NCBI GenBank assembly: GCA_000991405.1
Contig: LBRL01000001.1
Location: 222,172-286,171 of the forward strand
Source: Candidatus Nomurabacteria bacterium GW2011_GWD2_36_14
GTDB taxonomy: Bacteria > Patescibacteriota > Minisyncoccia > Phycocordibacterales > UBA9973
Direction: 5' to 3'
DNA length: 64,000 nucleotides
Below are positions 1 through 10,004 of this stretch, piece after piece. Within the stretch, counting starts at the first letter, position 1. The number at the start of each line of letters is the position of its first letter. Both the position numbers and the translations under genes were made by a program. The notes under the pieces are model-generated. The model made no database searches, was not told where the DNA came from, and was given only the letters and a program-made list of their open reading frames with translations.

Positions 1-429
1 AAGCTCCAAGACTTCTTCGTGAACACGATCGGGATTGGCAGCTGGCTTGTCTATCTTGTTGATAACAACTATAGGTTTCAGACCTAATTCAAGTGACTTC
101 TTAAGTACAAATCGTGTCTGAGGCATAGGACCTTCTTGAGCATCAACAAGTAAAAGGACTGAGTCAATAGCACGCAAAACTCGCTCTACTTCGGATCCGA
201 AGTCAGCGTGGCCTGGGGTATCTACGATGTTTATCTTGGTACCTTTATAGTTTACGGAAGTATTCTTGGAATAAATAGTAATACCACGTTCAAGCTCAAG
301 AGCGTTGGAGTCCATAGTAACACCTTCTTCTACCATCCCGCACTGCTTCATAAGCTGGTCTGTAAGAGTTGTCTTGCCGTGGTCGACGTGAGCTATTATG
401 GCTATATTTCTGATTTCTGTTGTTTTCAT
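1..429 (-). CDS. typA: GTP-binding protein TypA/BipA, N-terminal part; the gene runs off the window start
   Basis: Manual minus-strand translation from ATG (complement of 427-429): [22 protein letters not shown]...VDTPGHADF...NKIDKP. This matches BipA G1/G3/G4 GTPase motifs. Confidence 0.85.
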   Translation of the reverse strand, partial: MKTTEIRNIAIIAHVDHGKTTLTDQLMKQCGMVEEGVTMDSNALELERGITIYSKNTSVNYKGTKINIVDTPGHADFGSEVERVLRAIDSVLLLVDAQEGPMPQTRFVLKKSLELGLKPIVVINKIDKPAANPDRVHEEVLEL

Positions 430-520
430 ACTAATTGTTCGTTTTTTTTGAAAAATAAAATCGCCTCTTGGCGAATGTATTTATATAGTATCATACTTTT
501 TTAAATTTGTAAAATAAAAA

Positions 521-551
521 GCTCTGTAAGAAGATTACAGAGCTTTTGACT
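521..551 (-). terminator. Intrinsic terminator hairpin after rseP
   Basis: Palindrome aaaagctctgtaa-gaagat-tacagagctttt with flanking A/T runs. Confidence 0.5.
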
Positions 552-557
552 AAAAAT

Positions 558-1649
558 TTATATTAATTTCACTATATCATGATAGGTTATGAAGACCATT
601 AGAAGCATCAGAATTCCAAAACCAACCATATTCACCACATTTGCAATTTCGGGTTTGATACGAGAACCCTTAATCTTCTCAATCAGCAAGAAGAGTAGAC
701 GCCCTCCATCTAAAGCTGGAAATGGTAGGAAGTTTATAACTGCCAAGTTTATAGATATAAGGGCTGTAAATGAAAGTAAATATACAAATCCAAACTTTGC
801 GGCATCGCCTACCACTCCGACTATACCTATAGGACCAGTCACAGCAGACATATCACCAGTACCAGCTAATGCACCTACTATAAGCTTATAGAAGCCAACC
901 GCTGTACCAATAGTCCAGTCAATTGTGAGCTTCAGACCTTCCCATACTGCTTTATGAATAGGAAGCTTGAGTGTGCCGATTATGTCCATGGCAATTCCTA
1001 TAGACGGAATACCTTCTTTATTATTTATTGGTGTAACAACAAGACTCTTACTTTCAGAACCTCTCATGTATTCAACTGTTACAGACTCATTGCCGTGTTT
1101 TTTTATAAAATATTTTACACTTTCTGCAGATGGAGTTTCTGTTCTATCTGTTTCAGTTTTTAGAACAAGTAACTTATCTCTAGTTTCAAGTCCTGCAATT
1201 TCTGCTGGGCTACCTTTTACTACACTTGTAACAGTAAGATACTGATTGTTTACAGTTACTCCCTGTGGCGCCATAGCTACAGACGAAGGCAGACCGGACA
1301 TATAGCCGATAGAAAGTAGAAACCATGCCACAAGGAAGTTCATAACAACTCCCGCTATTAAAACTCCTGCTTGGATATATCGAGGTTTACTTGTAAAGCT
1401 TCTTTTCTTATCTTCTTCGCTCACACTTTCGTCTACGCCATTTTCTCCGAAAATTTTCACATATCCTCCAAATGGTAATGCATTGAAATTGTAAGTTGTC
1501 TCCCCTACTTTCTTACCAAAAATTTTAGGAGGGAAGCCAAAAGAGAATTCATCTACCCTTATCCCCGATTTCTTGGCCACAATAAAATGCCCAAATTCAT
1601 GAGAGACAACCAGCACTAATAAAATAACAACAAAAATTATAATTGACAT
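558..1649 (-). CDS. rseP: RIP zinc metalloprotease RseP (site-2 protease, PDZ-containing)
   Basis: ORF with HEFGH (HExxH) in the first TM helix, a PDZ-like central region and a C-terminal LDGG motif. Start chosen at the internal Met (MSIIIFVV...). Confidence 0.85.
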   Translation of the reverse strand: MSIIIFVVILLVLVVSHEFGHFIVAKKSGIRVDEFSFGFPPKIFGKKVGETTYNFNALPFGGYVKIFGENGVDESVSEEDKKRSFTSKPRYIQAGVLIAGVVMNFLVAWFLLSIGYMSGLPSSVAMAPQGVTVNNQYLTVTSVVKGSPAEIAGLETRDKLLVLKTETDRTETPSAESVKYFIKKHGNESVTVEYMRGSESKSLVVTPINNKEGIPSIGIAMDIIGTLKLPIHKAVWEGLKLTIDWTIGTAVGFYKLIVGALAGTGDMSAVTGPIGIVGVVGDAAKFGFVYLLSFTALISINLAVINFLPFPALDGGRLLFLLIEKIKGSRIKPEIANVVNMVGFGILMLLMVFITYHDIVKLI

Positions 1650-1692
1650 GTGTGTATCATAGCATAAATTGATATTTAGATAAAACAAAACC

Positions 1693-1719
1693 AGCCCTAA
1701 GCATTGCTTAGGGCTGGAA
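1693..1719 (-). terminator. Terminator hairpin after the 1721-2512 gene
   Basis: ccagccctaagcattgcttagggctgg is a perfect stem. Confidence 0.5.
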
Positions 1720-1720
1720 A

Positions 1721-2512
1721 TTAAATTCTATTTTGTAAATTTTGTTCAGTATTTTTTATTATATAACCTTGCTTGGTTAAATTCTGATTATTATAATCAA
1801 CAATTTTCTTAATATAGTCAGCTGGATATCTTTCATACATTCCAATTACAAGTTCTTTTATCCATTCATGGTGTTTATTGTCATGACTATCAAAATTAAG
1901 GTTTTTTGATTTGTCACCAAATAATGTCTCGTTGAGTAGCATTGGGGGACAAAAAGTTTTTTCACTACCTTCATTTTTACCTAGTGGATGATTCTTTAAT
2001 TCATTATTATTAATAAAATCAAGATTATGGTCCCAATTAAATGTACTTTCTAAAATATCTTGAATTTTCTTTAAAACAGGGTTATCATAACAGGTTTTAT
2101 AATTATCTTCTCCACCATCTTTTATGAGCCATTTTTTACCAACTCCCCAAAAGGGATACCATATTCCTGCTTCCTTTTTCCCACCAGTCCCCTCACTACT
2201 TCTATAAAATGGAATATTTGATCCACCTACTTTGGTAAAAACAATTGGTCTATCATTGTTTACATACGACCAAGATTTATCTTTTATTGTTGAGATTAGA
2301 CCAATATCTCTCGCTTTTTGTAATTTTTCTTCAAATGGAACTTGATTTAATTCATCTATAATTATTTCAGATGGAACTCCTAAAAATCTAAAGAAATCCC
2401 CATCGTCTAGCCCCACAAAAGGCTCTTCGTGATTATTGTATAAATTATGAAGAAATTCTAATCTTTTTTCTGGAGAAAACTTAGGTGATTCTGGTTTACT
2501 TATTTTTTCCAT
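1721..2512 (-). CDS. Hypothetical cytoplasmic protein (263 aa)
   Basis: Long ORF with coding-like composition and no recognisable motif. Confidence 0.5.
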   Translation of the reverse strand: MEKISKPESPKFSPEKRLEFLHNLYNNHEEPFVGLDDGDFFRFLGVPSEIIIDELNQVPFEEKLQKARDIGLISTIKDKSWSYVNNDRPIVFTKVGGSNIPFYRSSEGTGGKKEAGIWYPFWGVGKKWLIKDGGEDNYKTCYDNPVLKKIQDILESTFNWDHNLDFINNNELKNHPLGKNEGSEKTFCPPMLLNETLFGDKSKNLNFDSHDNKHHEWIKELVIGMYERYPADYIKKIVDYNNQNLTKQGYIIKNTEQNLQNRI

Positions 2513-2565
2513 ATTTTTATTATATAAATATATGATTATTAAAACAACCTCCTATAATAACAACA

Positions 2566-2590
2566 ATCCAGTCATAAGCGTGGCTTATGA
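2566..2590 (-). terminator. Terminator hairpin after frr
   Basis: agtcataagcgtggcttatgact. Confidence 0.45.
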
Positions 2591-2608
2591 CTGTGTTGTA
2601 AGATATTT

Positions 2609-3142
2609 TTAATTCATAACTTCCACTTCTTTCTTGGCAAAGATGGATTCGAGATTTTGGTTGGATTCGTCGACACATTTTTGGATGTCGTCTTTGGCAC
2701 GTTTTTGATCGTCCTCTGGGAGGTCTCCTGTCTTCTCTATCTCGGCTTGTCTTTCCTGACGGACACTTATGCGAGCTTCTTCAAGCTTTTCTTTCAAGAT
2801 TTTTACAAGCTTGGTACGGTTCTCAGTTGTAAGCATTGGGAATATTGCTCGCACTCCATCACTATCGGATACTACAGAGAGGCCAAGATTAGCGGCACTG
2901 ATAGCACTCTCAATACCCTTTATCTGACTCTTGTCCCAAGGAGCAATACGTAAAGTCTTCGGATCTTCGATGGAGATACTGGCCACATTCTTGATAGGCA
3001 TGAACGAACCATAACTTTCTACGTTGATATTATCGAGAATCATAGGAGTTGCTCTTCCTGAGTGCACTCCCCCGTATTCTTTCGAAAGCCATTCTTCTAT
3101 CTTCTTTAACTCTATTTTAAAATTTGTTGTATTGTATGCCAT
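2609..3142 (-). CDS. frr: Ribosome recycling factor
   Basis: 177 aa. The conserved RRF core GVHSGRATP...NLGL... is present. Confidence 0.9.
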   Translation of the reverse strand: MAYNTTNFKIELKKIEEWLSKEYGGVHSGRATPMILDNINVESYGSFMPIKNVASISIEDPKTLRIAPWDKSQIKGIESAISAANLGLSVVSDSDGVRAIFPMLTTENRTKLVKILKEKLEEARISVRQERQAEIEKTGDLPEDDQKRAKDDIQKCVDESNQNLESIFAKKEVEVMN

Positions 3143-3258
3143 CCCGTTAGAAGCAGGTCGCGGTCGTTATTTTTATTAAAACAACATACCTGCTATTTAT
3201 TTAATTATAATTAATCAAAATCCCATTTTTACAGAAACCGTGACCGCGGCTTCTAACG
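3143..3258. repeat. GC-rich long-range inverted repeat (about 19 bp arms with a bulge, about 74 nt loop) between frr and holB
   Basis: cccgttagaagcaggtcgcggtc ... gaccgcggcttctaacggg. Confidence 0.5.
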
Positions 3259-3261
3259 GGA

Positions 3262-3960
3262 TTATACCACAAGTGCTATATGTTCTAAAATCATTTTCAC
3301 ACTTGCTCCCGGAACAGAAAGAAAATCTCGACAATTTTTTAATTCATTTAAGATAAATTTAAGATTTTCATTATCTACATCACCTTTCCATTTCTTATAA
3401 ATAATTCTTTCAAGTCCATTGATGAGTGATGTGGCCTCATGTCGCAAGCCTCCACTGTTTTCATTGTCTTTAAACTCTTTAATTATTTCTGCTACTTTTT
3501 CTATGCGTGTACTCTGTGTAGAATTTATAAACAGAAAGGCAATCTTATCATCTTCACTATTATTATCACCTCCATTAATCCTAACTAAGTGCGTCCTTGA
3601 TAATATGGTATCTAGAAGTAGAGAGGCATCAGGTACAATGATGAAAAAATGTGAACTAGGAGTCGGCTCCTCGATTATTTTAAGTAAACTTTGCTCCGCT
3701 TCACGATTGATAAACTTGGCTCCAATTATGCAAATCTTTTTCCTTCCATCGGTGGGCTTGTTCTGATACCATTCCTTTATATCGTGACTATCTTGTATGG
3801 CAAACGAGTCAAAGATAGAAAGCATGACATCCGGACTGTTTCTATTCACTTCTCCTCTTTCTTCTAGAAAGACACGCAACAAATACGCTATGTCATCTAT
3901 GTTACTTTCTATCACATAGCTATGATATAAATCCTTCGGAAATAAATTATTGAAATCCAT
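3262..3960 (-). CDS. holB: DNA polymerase III delta-prime-like clamp-loader subunit
   Basis: KICIIGAKFINREAEQSLLKIIEEPTPSSHFFII...LLDTILSRTH (sensor/SRC-like). Start moved to MDFNN so it does not overlap the upstream gene. Confidence 0.6.
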   Translation of the reverse strand: MDFNNLFPKDLYHSYVIESNIDDIAYLLRVFLEERGEVNRNSPDVMLSIFDSFAIQDSHDIKEWYQNKPTDGRKKICIIGAKFINREAEQSLLKIIEEPTPSSHFFIIVPDASLLLDTILSRTHLVRINGGDNNSEDDKIAFLFINSTQSTRIEKVAEIIKEFKDNENSGGLRHEATSLINGLERIIYKKWKGDVDNENLKFILNELKNCRDFLSVPGASVKMILEHIALVV

Positions 3961-3964
3961 ACAC

Positions 3965-4831
3965 TTATTGTACCTCAAATGGGAAGAATTCCGAAAGCTC
4001 TCCTGAATAATAGAATTCGTATGAAAGCCCACCAAAGGTATAGTCGCGGTTATTGATGGTAATAGTGGAGCCTCCAACTTCGGGATTTTCCTTTGGTATA
4101 GATCTTTTAAAACCTATATTAAATAGTGTAGCCAGCACTTCAGGTCTATCATTTATAGAAAACTCAGAATTTTCCCATTGTTGCATTATTTCTTTTAAGT
4201 ATATTGCTGTGTATAAATACGAATAGTAGTGATTGTGGCTATCTGTAAACCTTGCGAGCCTTTGTGAATCTATATTATTTGTATCACTATAATCTAGTAA
4301 ATTTACATAATCTTTACCGAGATAAAAAGGGCTATTTACATCTTTTAAGTTTGTCTCTATTTCTTTTGCTGTTTCTATTTTTATACCAGAAATACCATAA
4401 GAGAATTGACTATATGTTCCTAATATCTTTAATGGTTCAAAGAATTTCTTGAAAGACTCTCTATTGGAAGTGAAGAACCTAAGTTGTTCAGGCATTATAC
4501 TTGATACAATAAGCCGACTAGGTACATCTGTTATATCACTTACCTTGAGGATAATTTCTTTATCTTTCAAAACACCTTCTTTGAATGTCGCGAATTCATT
4601 TCCTTTCATCCATTCACTATTTATACTACTATAATAATCAGCAACACGTGACTCTTGATTTTTTATTTTATTAAAATAATTATTTCTAGAATCTATACTT
4701 CCCTTCACATCTGTCAGGTGTAAACGCATGGCAACGAAAACACCAGAGAAAATAATTCCCAGCCCTGCAAAGCAACACAGAAGAAAAATCAATATTATTC
4801 GTAATATCTTATTATTCCTTAAAATTTTCAT
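3965..4831 (-). CDS. Membrane-anchored protein (N-terminal TM, large extracytoplasmic domain), immediately downstream of mreB; possible MreC analog by position only
   Basis: 288 aa with an N-terminal hydrophobic helix. No sequence motif recognised. Confidence 0.4.
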   Translation of the reverse strand: MKILRNNKILRIILIFLLCCFAGLGIIFSGVFVAMRLHLTDVKGSIDSRNNYFNKIKNQESRVADYYSSINSEWMKGNEFATFKEGVLKDKEIILKVSDITDVPSRLIVSSIMPEQLRFFTSNRESFKKFFEPLKILGTYSQFSYGISGIKIETAKEIETNLKDVNSPFYLGKDYVNLLDYSDTNNIDSQRLARFTDSHNHYYSYLYTAIYLKEIMQQWENSEFSINDRPEVLATLFNIGFKRSIPKENPEVGGSTITINNRDYTFGGLSYEFYYSGELSEFFPFEVQ

Positions 4832-4832
4832 A

Positions 4833-5846
4833 TTATCTTTTACTTAAAATGGTTTTCTTATAGGTTTCTAAATGGTTCAATGCTTCACCTGTACCTTTAA
4901 CTACACACAGAAGTGGTTCGTCGGCAACGCGAGCCTTCACTCCAGTTCTCCTATATATAAGGTCTGCTAGATTTCGAAGCTGAGAGGATCCTCCTGTCAT
5001 AATGATACCATCATCTATGATATCTGCTGAAAGTTCTGGTGGTGTTAAGGAGAGAACTTCTTTGATAGAGGAGATCATCATTCTGAGTTCTTTGTCTATG
5101 GCTCGTACTATCTCGTTGGTAGATATCTGTGCGGTACGAGGAAGTCCTTGGATGAAGTCTCTACCTTTTATAGTAATAGTAAGTTCTTCTTCGAGTGGTA
5201 TAGCAGCACCTATCTTTATCTTGATCGCTTCAGCTGTTCGATCTCCAATAGCTAGATTGAAGGTCTTCTTGATATAATCGGCGATTGCTAGGTCTATCTT
5301 GTCGCCTGCACACTTTACAGAAGTCGAAGCGACGATACCTCCTAGGGCAATCACTGCTACGTCGGTCGTACCTCCTCCGATGTCCATGATCATATGACCC
5401 TTTGACTCATGTATAGGAATACCTGCACCAATAGCTGCCAAGATAGGTTCCTTCACTACATAGGCATTGGAAGCTCCAGCCTTCACAGCGGCTTCTACGA
5501 CAGCACGACGCTCAGTAGAGGTAATCCCAGCCGGAACCGAGACCATGACATCGGGCTTAAATAAATTGTATTTACCAAGAGTCTTCGTAATAAAGTAGCG
5601 AAGCATTGCTTCGGTCACTCTATAGTCTGCAATAACTCCATCCTTCATAGGTCTATAGACTATGATACTTTCAGGGGTCTTGCCTATCATTTCCTTGGCT
5701 TCAATACCAATAGCTAGGATTGTATTGTCCTGCTCAGAAACAGCCACAACAGAAGGCTCATTTAAGACAACGCCCTTCCCTGGTAGATACACTAAAGTGT
5801 TTGCTGTGCCTAGATCGATACCTAATTTTTTAGAAAATATAGCCAT
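4833..5846 (-). CDS. mreB: Rod shape-determining protein MreB
   Basis: LGIDLGTANT... is an actin-like ATPase motif. The full-length protein is 337 aa. Confidence 0.92.
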   Translation of the reverse strand: MAIFSKKLGIDLGTANTLVYLPGKGVVLNEPSVVAVSEQDNTILAIGIEAKEMIGKTPESIIVYRPMKDGVIADYRVTEAMLRYFITKTLGKYNLFKPDVMVSVPAGITSTERRAVVEAAVKAGASNAYVVKEPILAAIGAGIPIHESKGHMIMDIGGGTTDVAVIALGGIVASTSVKCAGDKIDLAIADYIKKTFNLAIGDRTAEAIKIKIGAAIPLEEELTITIKGRDFIQGLPRTAQISTNEIVRAIDKELRMMISSIKEVLSLTPPELSADIIDDGIIMTGGSSQLRNLADLIYRRTGVKARVADEPLLCVVKGTGEALNHLETYKKTILSKR

Positions 5847-5942
5847 ATAATGTTTATAACTACTTTACTATATCACAAAATATAGGAAAAAATAAATGGG
5901 GGAGGAAGTATTAAAATTGAGATTTTGTGCTACCATATAAGT

Positions 5943-7937
5943 ATGTATATAGTAACTGTTATTCCAATACAAAAAGGTTTTCAAGGAGAAAATCTAACTT
6001 ACTTCTCTCCTGTCGAAATTCTTCTAGGAAGTATAGTCTCCATCCCTCTCCGATCTAAAACGAGAGACGCTATCGTCATAAATGTAGAGAATGTACGTGA
6101 TTTGAAATTTGATTTGAAAAAAGCAGACTTTCAACTTAAGAAAATAATAAATATCAAAGGTCCTTCCCCTTTTTCTCCAGCCTTCTTCACAGCTTGCGAG
6201 AAAATGAAAGACTACACTGTCAGTAATACAGGCACAATCATCAAATCACTTCTACCCGCTTTATTTCTAGAAAATTTGAAAGATTTGAAACGAGCAAAAA
6301 AAATAGATGAAGAAGCTAAATCCAACAAAGTTGGATCGCCCGACACTAGAGTAGAAGTGTTTAGGGAAAATATCAAACAAGAGAAATTAATTTTCCAAGC
6401 TCTTATTCCTGACCGTATGAGCTGGTATCGAACTCTGATACGAGAAGCTTTCGCAAAGAAGGAGTCAGTGTTCATATGTGTACCAACCCTTTTTGACATA
6501 GAACAATTCACAATCGAACTTACAAAGGGTATTAGCCAGTACGTCTTCTCCTTCCATGGAGACTTGAGCAAGAAGACACTTATAAATACATATAACTCTT
6601 GCATGGAAGAAACTCATCCAATACTTATCATCGGTACTGGCATGTTCCTATCTATTCCTCGAGAAGATATCCGGACAATTATAATCGAACATGAAAATTC
6701 AGATTCATATAAACAATTTTCTCGTCCGTTTCTCGACATCCGCACTTTCGCAGAGATCCTTTCATCTGTAAATAAAGTTAAGTTAATCTTTGGCGATACA
6801 CTTCTTCGTCCTGATACACTCTATAGACACGATGAAGGAATCCTAGGAGAAGTCGCTTCACCTCTCTTCCGTCTTCCACAAGCTGAGAGGCAAATGGTAG
6901 TAGATATGCGAGAGCAAGTCGACGACAAAGGAGTAAAATCTTTCACTGTATTATCCGATACAACAAAGAAAATGATTGCTTATGCTCTAGAGCACCATGA
7001 ATCCGTCCTTCTCTTCACTGTCCGTAAGGGATTGGCGGGAGTTACTGTATGTCATGATTGTGGATATACTCTTCTCTGTCCTACATGTTCTACTCCTGTC
7101 GTACTTTATGGTTCCAAGCAGAGAAATGCTACAAAGATTGTAAACTCCCGTATCTTCATGTGCAATAAATGTGGGTACAAAGATACAACCGAAGTCAGAT
7201 GTGTAAATTGTCAAAGCTGGAATCTTACCCCTCTGGGTATAGGAACAGATAGAGTATATGAAGAAGTGAAAAGTTTGTACCCCAATGCTAAAATAATCCA
7301 AATAGATAAAGAGACTATCACTTCCAACAAGGAAGCTAGAGGGAAAATGGCTGAATTCTATAAAAATCCCGGAAGCATACTCATAGGTACTGAAATGGTC
7401 TTCTCTTATATCAATACCGAAGTCACCCACAGCGCTATAGTCTCACTTGATGGGCTTCTATCTATACCAAGCTTCAATATCACACAAAAGATTCTTCATA
7501 TAATGGAGAAGCTCCACGAGACGACGAAACGCAATCTCATAATTCAAACTCGCATTCCGGAGAATCCAATACTAGAACATATACTAAACGGCAACGTCTT
7601 ACCTCTTTATCGTGAAGACTTAAAAGAAAGGAAACAATTTGGATACCCACCATTCAAAAGACTTATCAAGATAACCTTTGGAGGTTCTGCCAGTGAGACA
7701 GAGAAGGCACGTGCACACATCGATTCATTACTTGGTGGATATGAGCCACAGATATTTAGCGCCTTCATAGGCAAAGTAAAAGGTCAGTACACTACAAACA
7801 CCGTCATTAAAATAGACCCAAATCTCTGGCCACTACCTATAGACGACAAAAGCATATCAAATACTCACCTTAGAGAAAGTCTACGTAGCCTTCCTCCTGC
7901 ATTTTCTATAAATGTAGACCCCGAAGATTTACTGTAG
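5943..7937 (+). CDS. priA: Primosomal protein N' (PriA) homolog with degenerate ATPase motifs
   Basis: The N-terminus is a 3'-DNA-binding-domain-like VTVIPIQKGF...YFSPV. A Cys-rich zinc-binding region follows (CHDCGY..CPTC....CNKCGY...CVNC). Walker A (GSGKT) is absent and DEEH is replaced by IEHEN. Confidence 0.6.
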   Translation: MYIVTVIPIQKGFQGENLTYFSPVEILLGSIVSIPLRSKTRDAIVINVENVRDLKFDLKKADFQLKKIINIKGPSPFSPAFFTACEKMKDYTVSNTGTIIKSLLPALFLENLKDLKRAKKIDEEAKSNKVGSPDTRVEVFRENIKQEKLIFQALIPDRMSWYRTLIREAFAKKESVFICVPTLFDIEQFTIELTKGISQYVFSFHGDLSKKTLINTYNSCMEETHPILIIGTGMFLSIPREDIRTIIIEHENSDSYKQFSRPFLDIRTFAEILSSVNKVKLIFGDTLLRPDTLYRHDEGILGEVASPLFRLPQAERQMVVDMREQVDDKGVKSFTVLSDTTKKMIAYALEHHESVLLFTVRKGLAGVTVCHDCGYTLLCPTCSTPVVLYGSKQRNATKIVNSRIFMCNKCGYKDTTEVRCVNCQSWNLTPLGIGTDRVYEEVKSLYPNAKIIQIDKETITSNKEARGKMAEFYKNPGSILIGTEMVFSYINTEVTHSAIVSLDGLLSIPSFNITQKILHIMEKLHETTKRNLIIQTRIPENPILEHILNGNVLPLYREDLKERKQFGYPPFKRLIKITFGGSASETEKARAHIDSLLGGYEPQIFSAFIGKVKGQYTTNTVIKIDPNLWPLPIDDKSISNTHLRESLRSLPPAFSINVDPEDLL

Positions 7938-7994
7938 ATAACTGAGTGTATGATGTTGCGTAGATGATAAATGTGTGATATATTTACGGCATAT

Positions 7995-8243
7995 ATGATT
8001 ACAGTAATTGAAGTAAAAAAGAATACCAACGAGAGCAATATGAATCTCATTCGCAGATTTAGCCGTAAGGTTTCAGAATCTGGAATTATTCAGAAAGTTA
8101 AAAGCAAGCGTTACAATGAACGTGCTCCATCTAAAGTAAAAGTAAAGATTGCTACCCTTAAGAAAATTAATCGTAGGAAGAATCTTCTAAAGTTACAAAA
8201 GCTTGGAAAGGCTCCATTACCTACAAAGCGGGGACATCGTTAG
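7995..8243 (+). CDS. rpsU: 30S ribosomal protein S21
   Basis: Small basic protein containing IEVKKNE...LIRRFSRKVSESGII...KRYNERAPSKV. Confidence 0.7.
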   Translation: MITVIEVKKNTNESNMNLIRRFSRKVSESGIIQKVKSKRYNERAPSKVKVKIATLKKINRRKNLLKLQKLGKAPLPTKRGHR

Positions 8244-8246
8244 TTT

Positions 8247-8663
8247 ATGCCTAAGGTAGAATCAACAACAATTATAAATTCCACAAAAGGCAAGCTTCCA
8301 CGCTTGCCTTTTGTTTATATCAAGAACGCCATCCTAGGTGAAAGATACGAGCTAGGAGTAAACTTTCTATCTTCACAAAAACAAAAGAAACTAAACCAAA
8401 CATATCGAGGTATTGATAAAACCACAAACATATTATCATTCCCTTTAACTCAAACATCTGGCGACATTACCTTTGATCTAGTAAAAGTTAGGAAGGATGC
8501 TCCTCTCTTTAACATGACATATGGAAAATTCCTTCAATATTTATTCATTCATGGGCTATTGCATTTGAAAGGATTGGATCATGGTGGTATAATGGAGAAG
8601 CAAGAAAAGAAATTTCTAAAGATGTTTTCGGCTAAACATACGGTCGCCCGAAAAATTAAATAA
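8247..8663 (+). CDS. ybeY: rRNA maturation endoribonuclease YbeY
   Basis: HGLLHLKGLDH metal-binding motif. Confidence 0.85.
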   Translation: MPKVESTTIINSTKGKLPRLPFVYIKNAILGERYELGVNFLSSQKQKKLNQTYRGIDKTTNILSFPLTQTSGDITFDLVKVRKDAPLFNMTYGKFLQYLFIHGLLHLKGLDHGGIMEKQEKKFLKMFSAKHTVARKIK

Positions 8664-8686
8664 TTTTTTTAGGGAATAATTTAATA

Positions 8687-9856
8687 ATGATTAAAAATAA
8701 CTTTAACGTTGGTATAGATATAGGTACACATACTATCAAGGTAGTAGTGACCGGCTTCAACAAGGAGACCAACTCCCCTTGTTTACTTGCGACAGGAACT
8801 TCTGATACAGCAGGCATGAGACTAGGATACATTACCAATACCGACCTAGTTGCAGAAAGTCTAAAGAAAGCGGTAAAGCAAGCAGAAGCTACCTTGGGAT
8901 CTAAGATCAAGAAGGCGACGGTATCTATTGGAGGAATAAGTCTAGGTGGAGTCTTCTCTACTGGTTCTGTCATTATATCTCGTGCTGATCAAGAAATAAC
9001 AGAGTTCGACGTATCTAAGGTTCTAGCAACCAGTGAAGAAAATCTAGAAATAATCAATAAGAAAATTATTCACATTATTCCTGTGGCTTACAAACTAGAC
9101 GGCAAAGACATACACGGCAGACCTCTAGGAATGCACGGCATAAAGCTCGAAGTAAAGACTTTGTTCATTACATGCTTAAAGCAAAACATCGATGACCTCA
9201 TAACCGTGCTTGGTCTTGCCAATATAGAAGTGGTAGACGTGATAGCGACACCTGTAGCACTTTCTACAATACTTCTAAACACCAGACAAAAGACAGCAGG
9301 ATGTGCTCTGGTAGATATAGGTGCTGAAAGTGTATCTATATCTGTCTTTGAGAACAACCTACTGGTTTCTCTGCAAGTGTTCTCTATAGGAAGTATGGAT
9401 ATTACAAAGGATATTGCCCTTGGTTTCAAGATAGGACTCGAAGAAGCCGAAAGTGTAAAACTCGGAAGTGTAATCGGAGGAGACTTCCCTAAGAAAAAAG
9501 TAGATGAGATTATAGAAGCAAGACTAGGAGACATATTTGAACTTGTGGAGAATCATTTGAAACGTATCAAGAGAAGCGAACTTCTTCCTGCTGGAGTTGT
9601 AATTACTGGTGGAGGTGCAAATATAGTCCGCATAGAAGAAATTGCCAAGAAGCAACTAAACTTGCCAGCCAAAGTAGGGCCAACTGATACAACTATCAAT
9701 AATAAATTCAAAATTAAAGATTCAACTTGGTATGGAGCATTTGGACTTGCATTAAATTCACCACAAGGGAATAATTCCGCTTCCAATTCTATTGGAGACA
9801 ATGTAAAACAAGTAAAAGGATTTTTCAAATCTATTTTATCTCAGCTTTTGCCATAA
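8687..9856 (+). CDS. ftsA: Cell division protein FtsA
   Basis: Actin-fold N-terminus VGIDIGTHTIKVVV. It is located immediately upstream of ftsZ. Confidence 0.85.
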   Translation: MIKNNFNVGIDIGTHTIKVVVTGFNKETNSPCLLATGTSDTAGMRLGYITNTDLVAESLKKAVKQAEATLGSKIKKATVSIGGISLGGVFSTGSVIISRADQEITEFDVSKVLATSEENLEIINKKIIHIIPVAYKLDGKDIHGRPLGMHGIKLEVKTLFITCLKQNIDDLITVLGLANIEVVDVIATPVALSTILLNTRQKTAGCALVDIGAESVSISVFENNLLVSLQVFSIGSMDITKDIALGFKIGLEEAESVKLGSVIGGDFPKKKVDEIIEARLGDIFELVENHLKRIKRSELLPAGVVITGGGANIVRIEEIAKKQLNLPAKVGPTDTTINNKFKIKDSTWYGAFGLALNSPQGNNSASNSIGDNVKQVKGFFKSILSQLLP

Positions 9857-10004
9857 TATAATCTATAATTATGAAACGAAATGGATATTGTGTCAAATAT
9901 TCCCTTTTTATATATTTCTGGTATCATGTATGAAGTAATTTATTATTAACGATACGACAACCTTGATCGTCACTTGTGACGCGACTTGGTTGCTACTATA
10001 TATT

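Noticed and set aside
208-504. 98-aa plus-strand ORF
   Set aside because: Lies antisense within the typA N-terminal coding region, which has clear GTPase motifs on the minus strand.
589-1245. Several plus-strand ORFs (589-891, 954-1163, 967-1245)
   Set aside because: Antisense to rseP. The Pro/Ser-rich low-complexity translations are typical of shadow ORFs.
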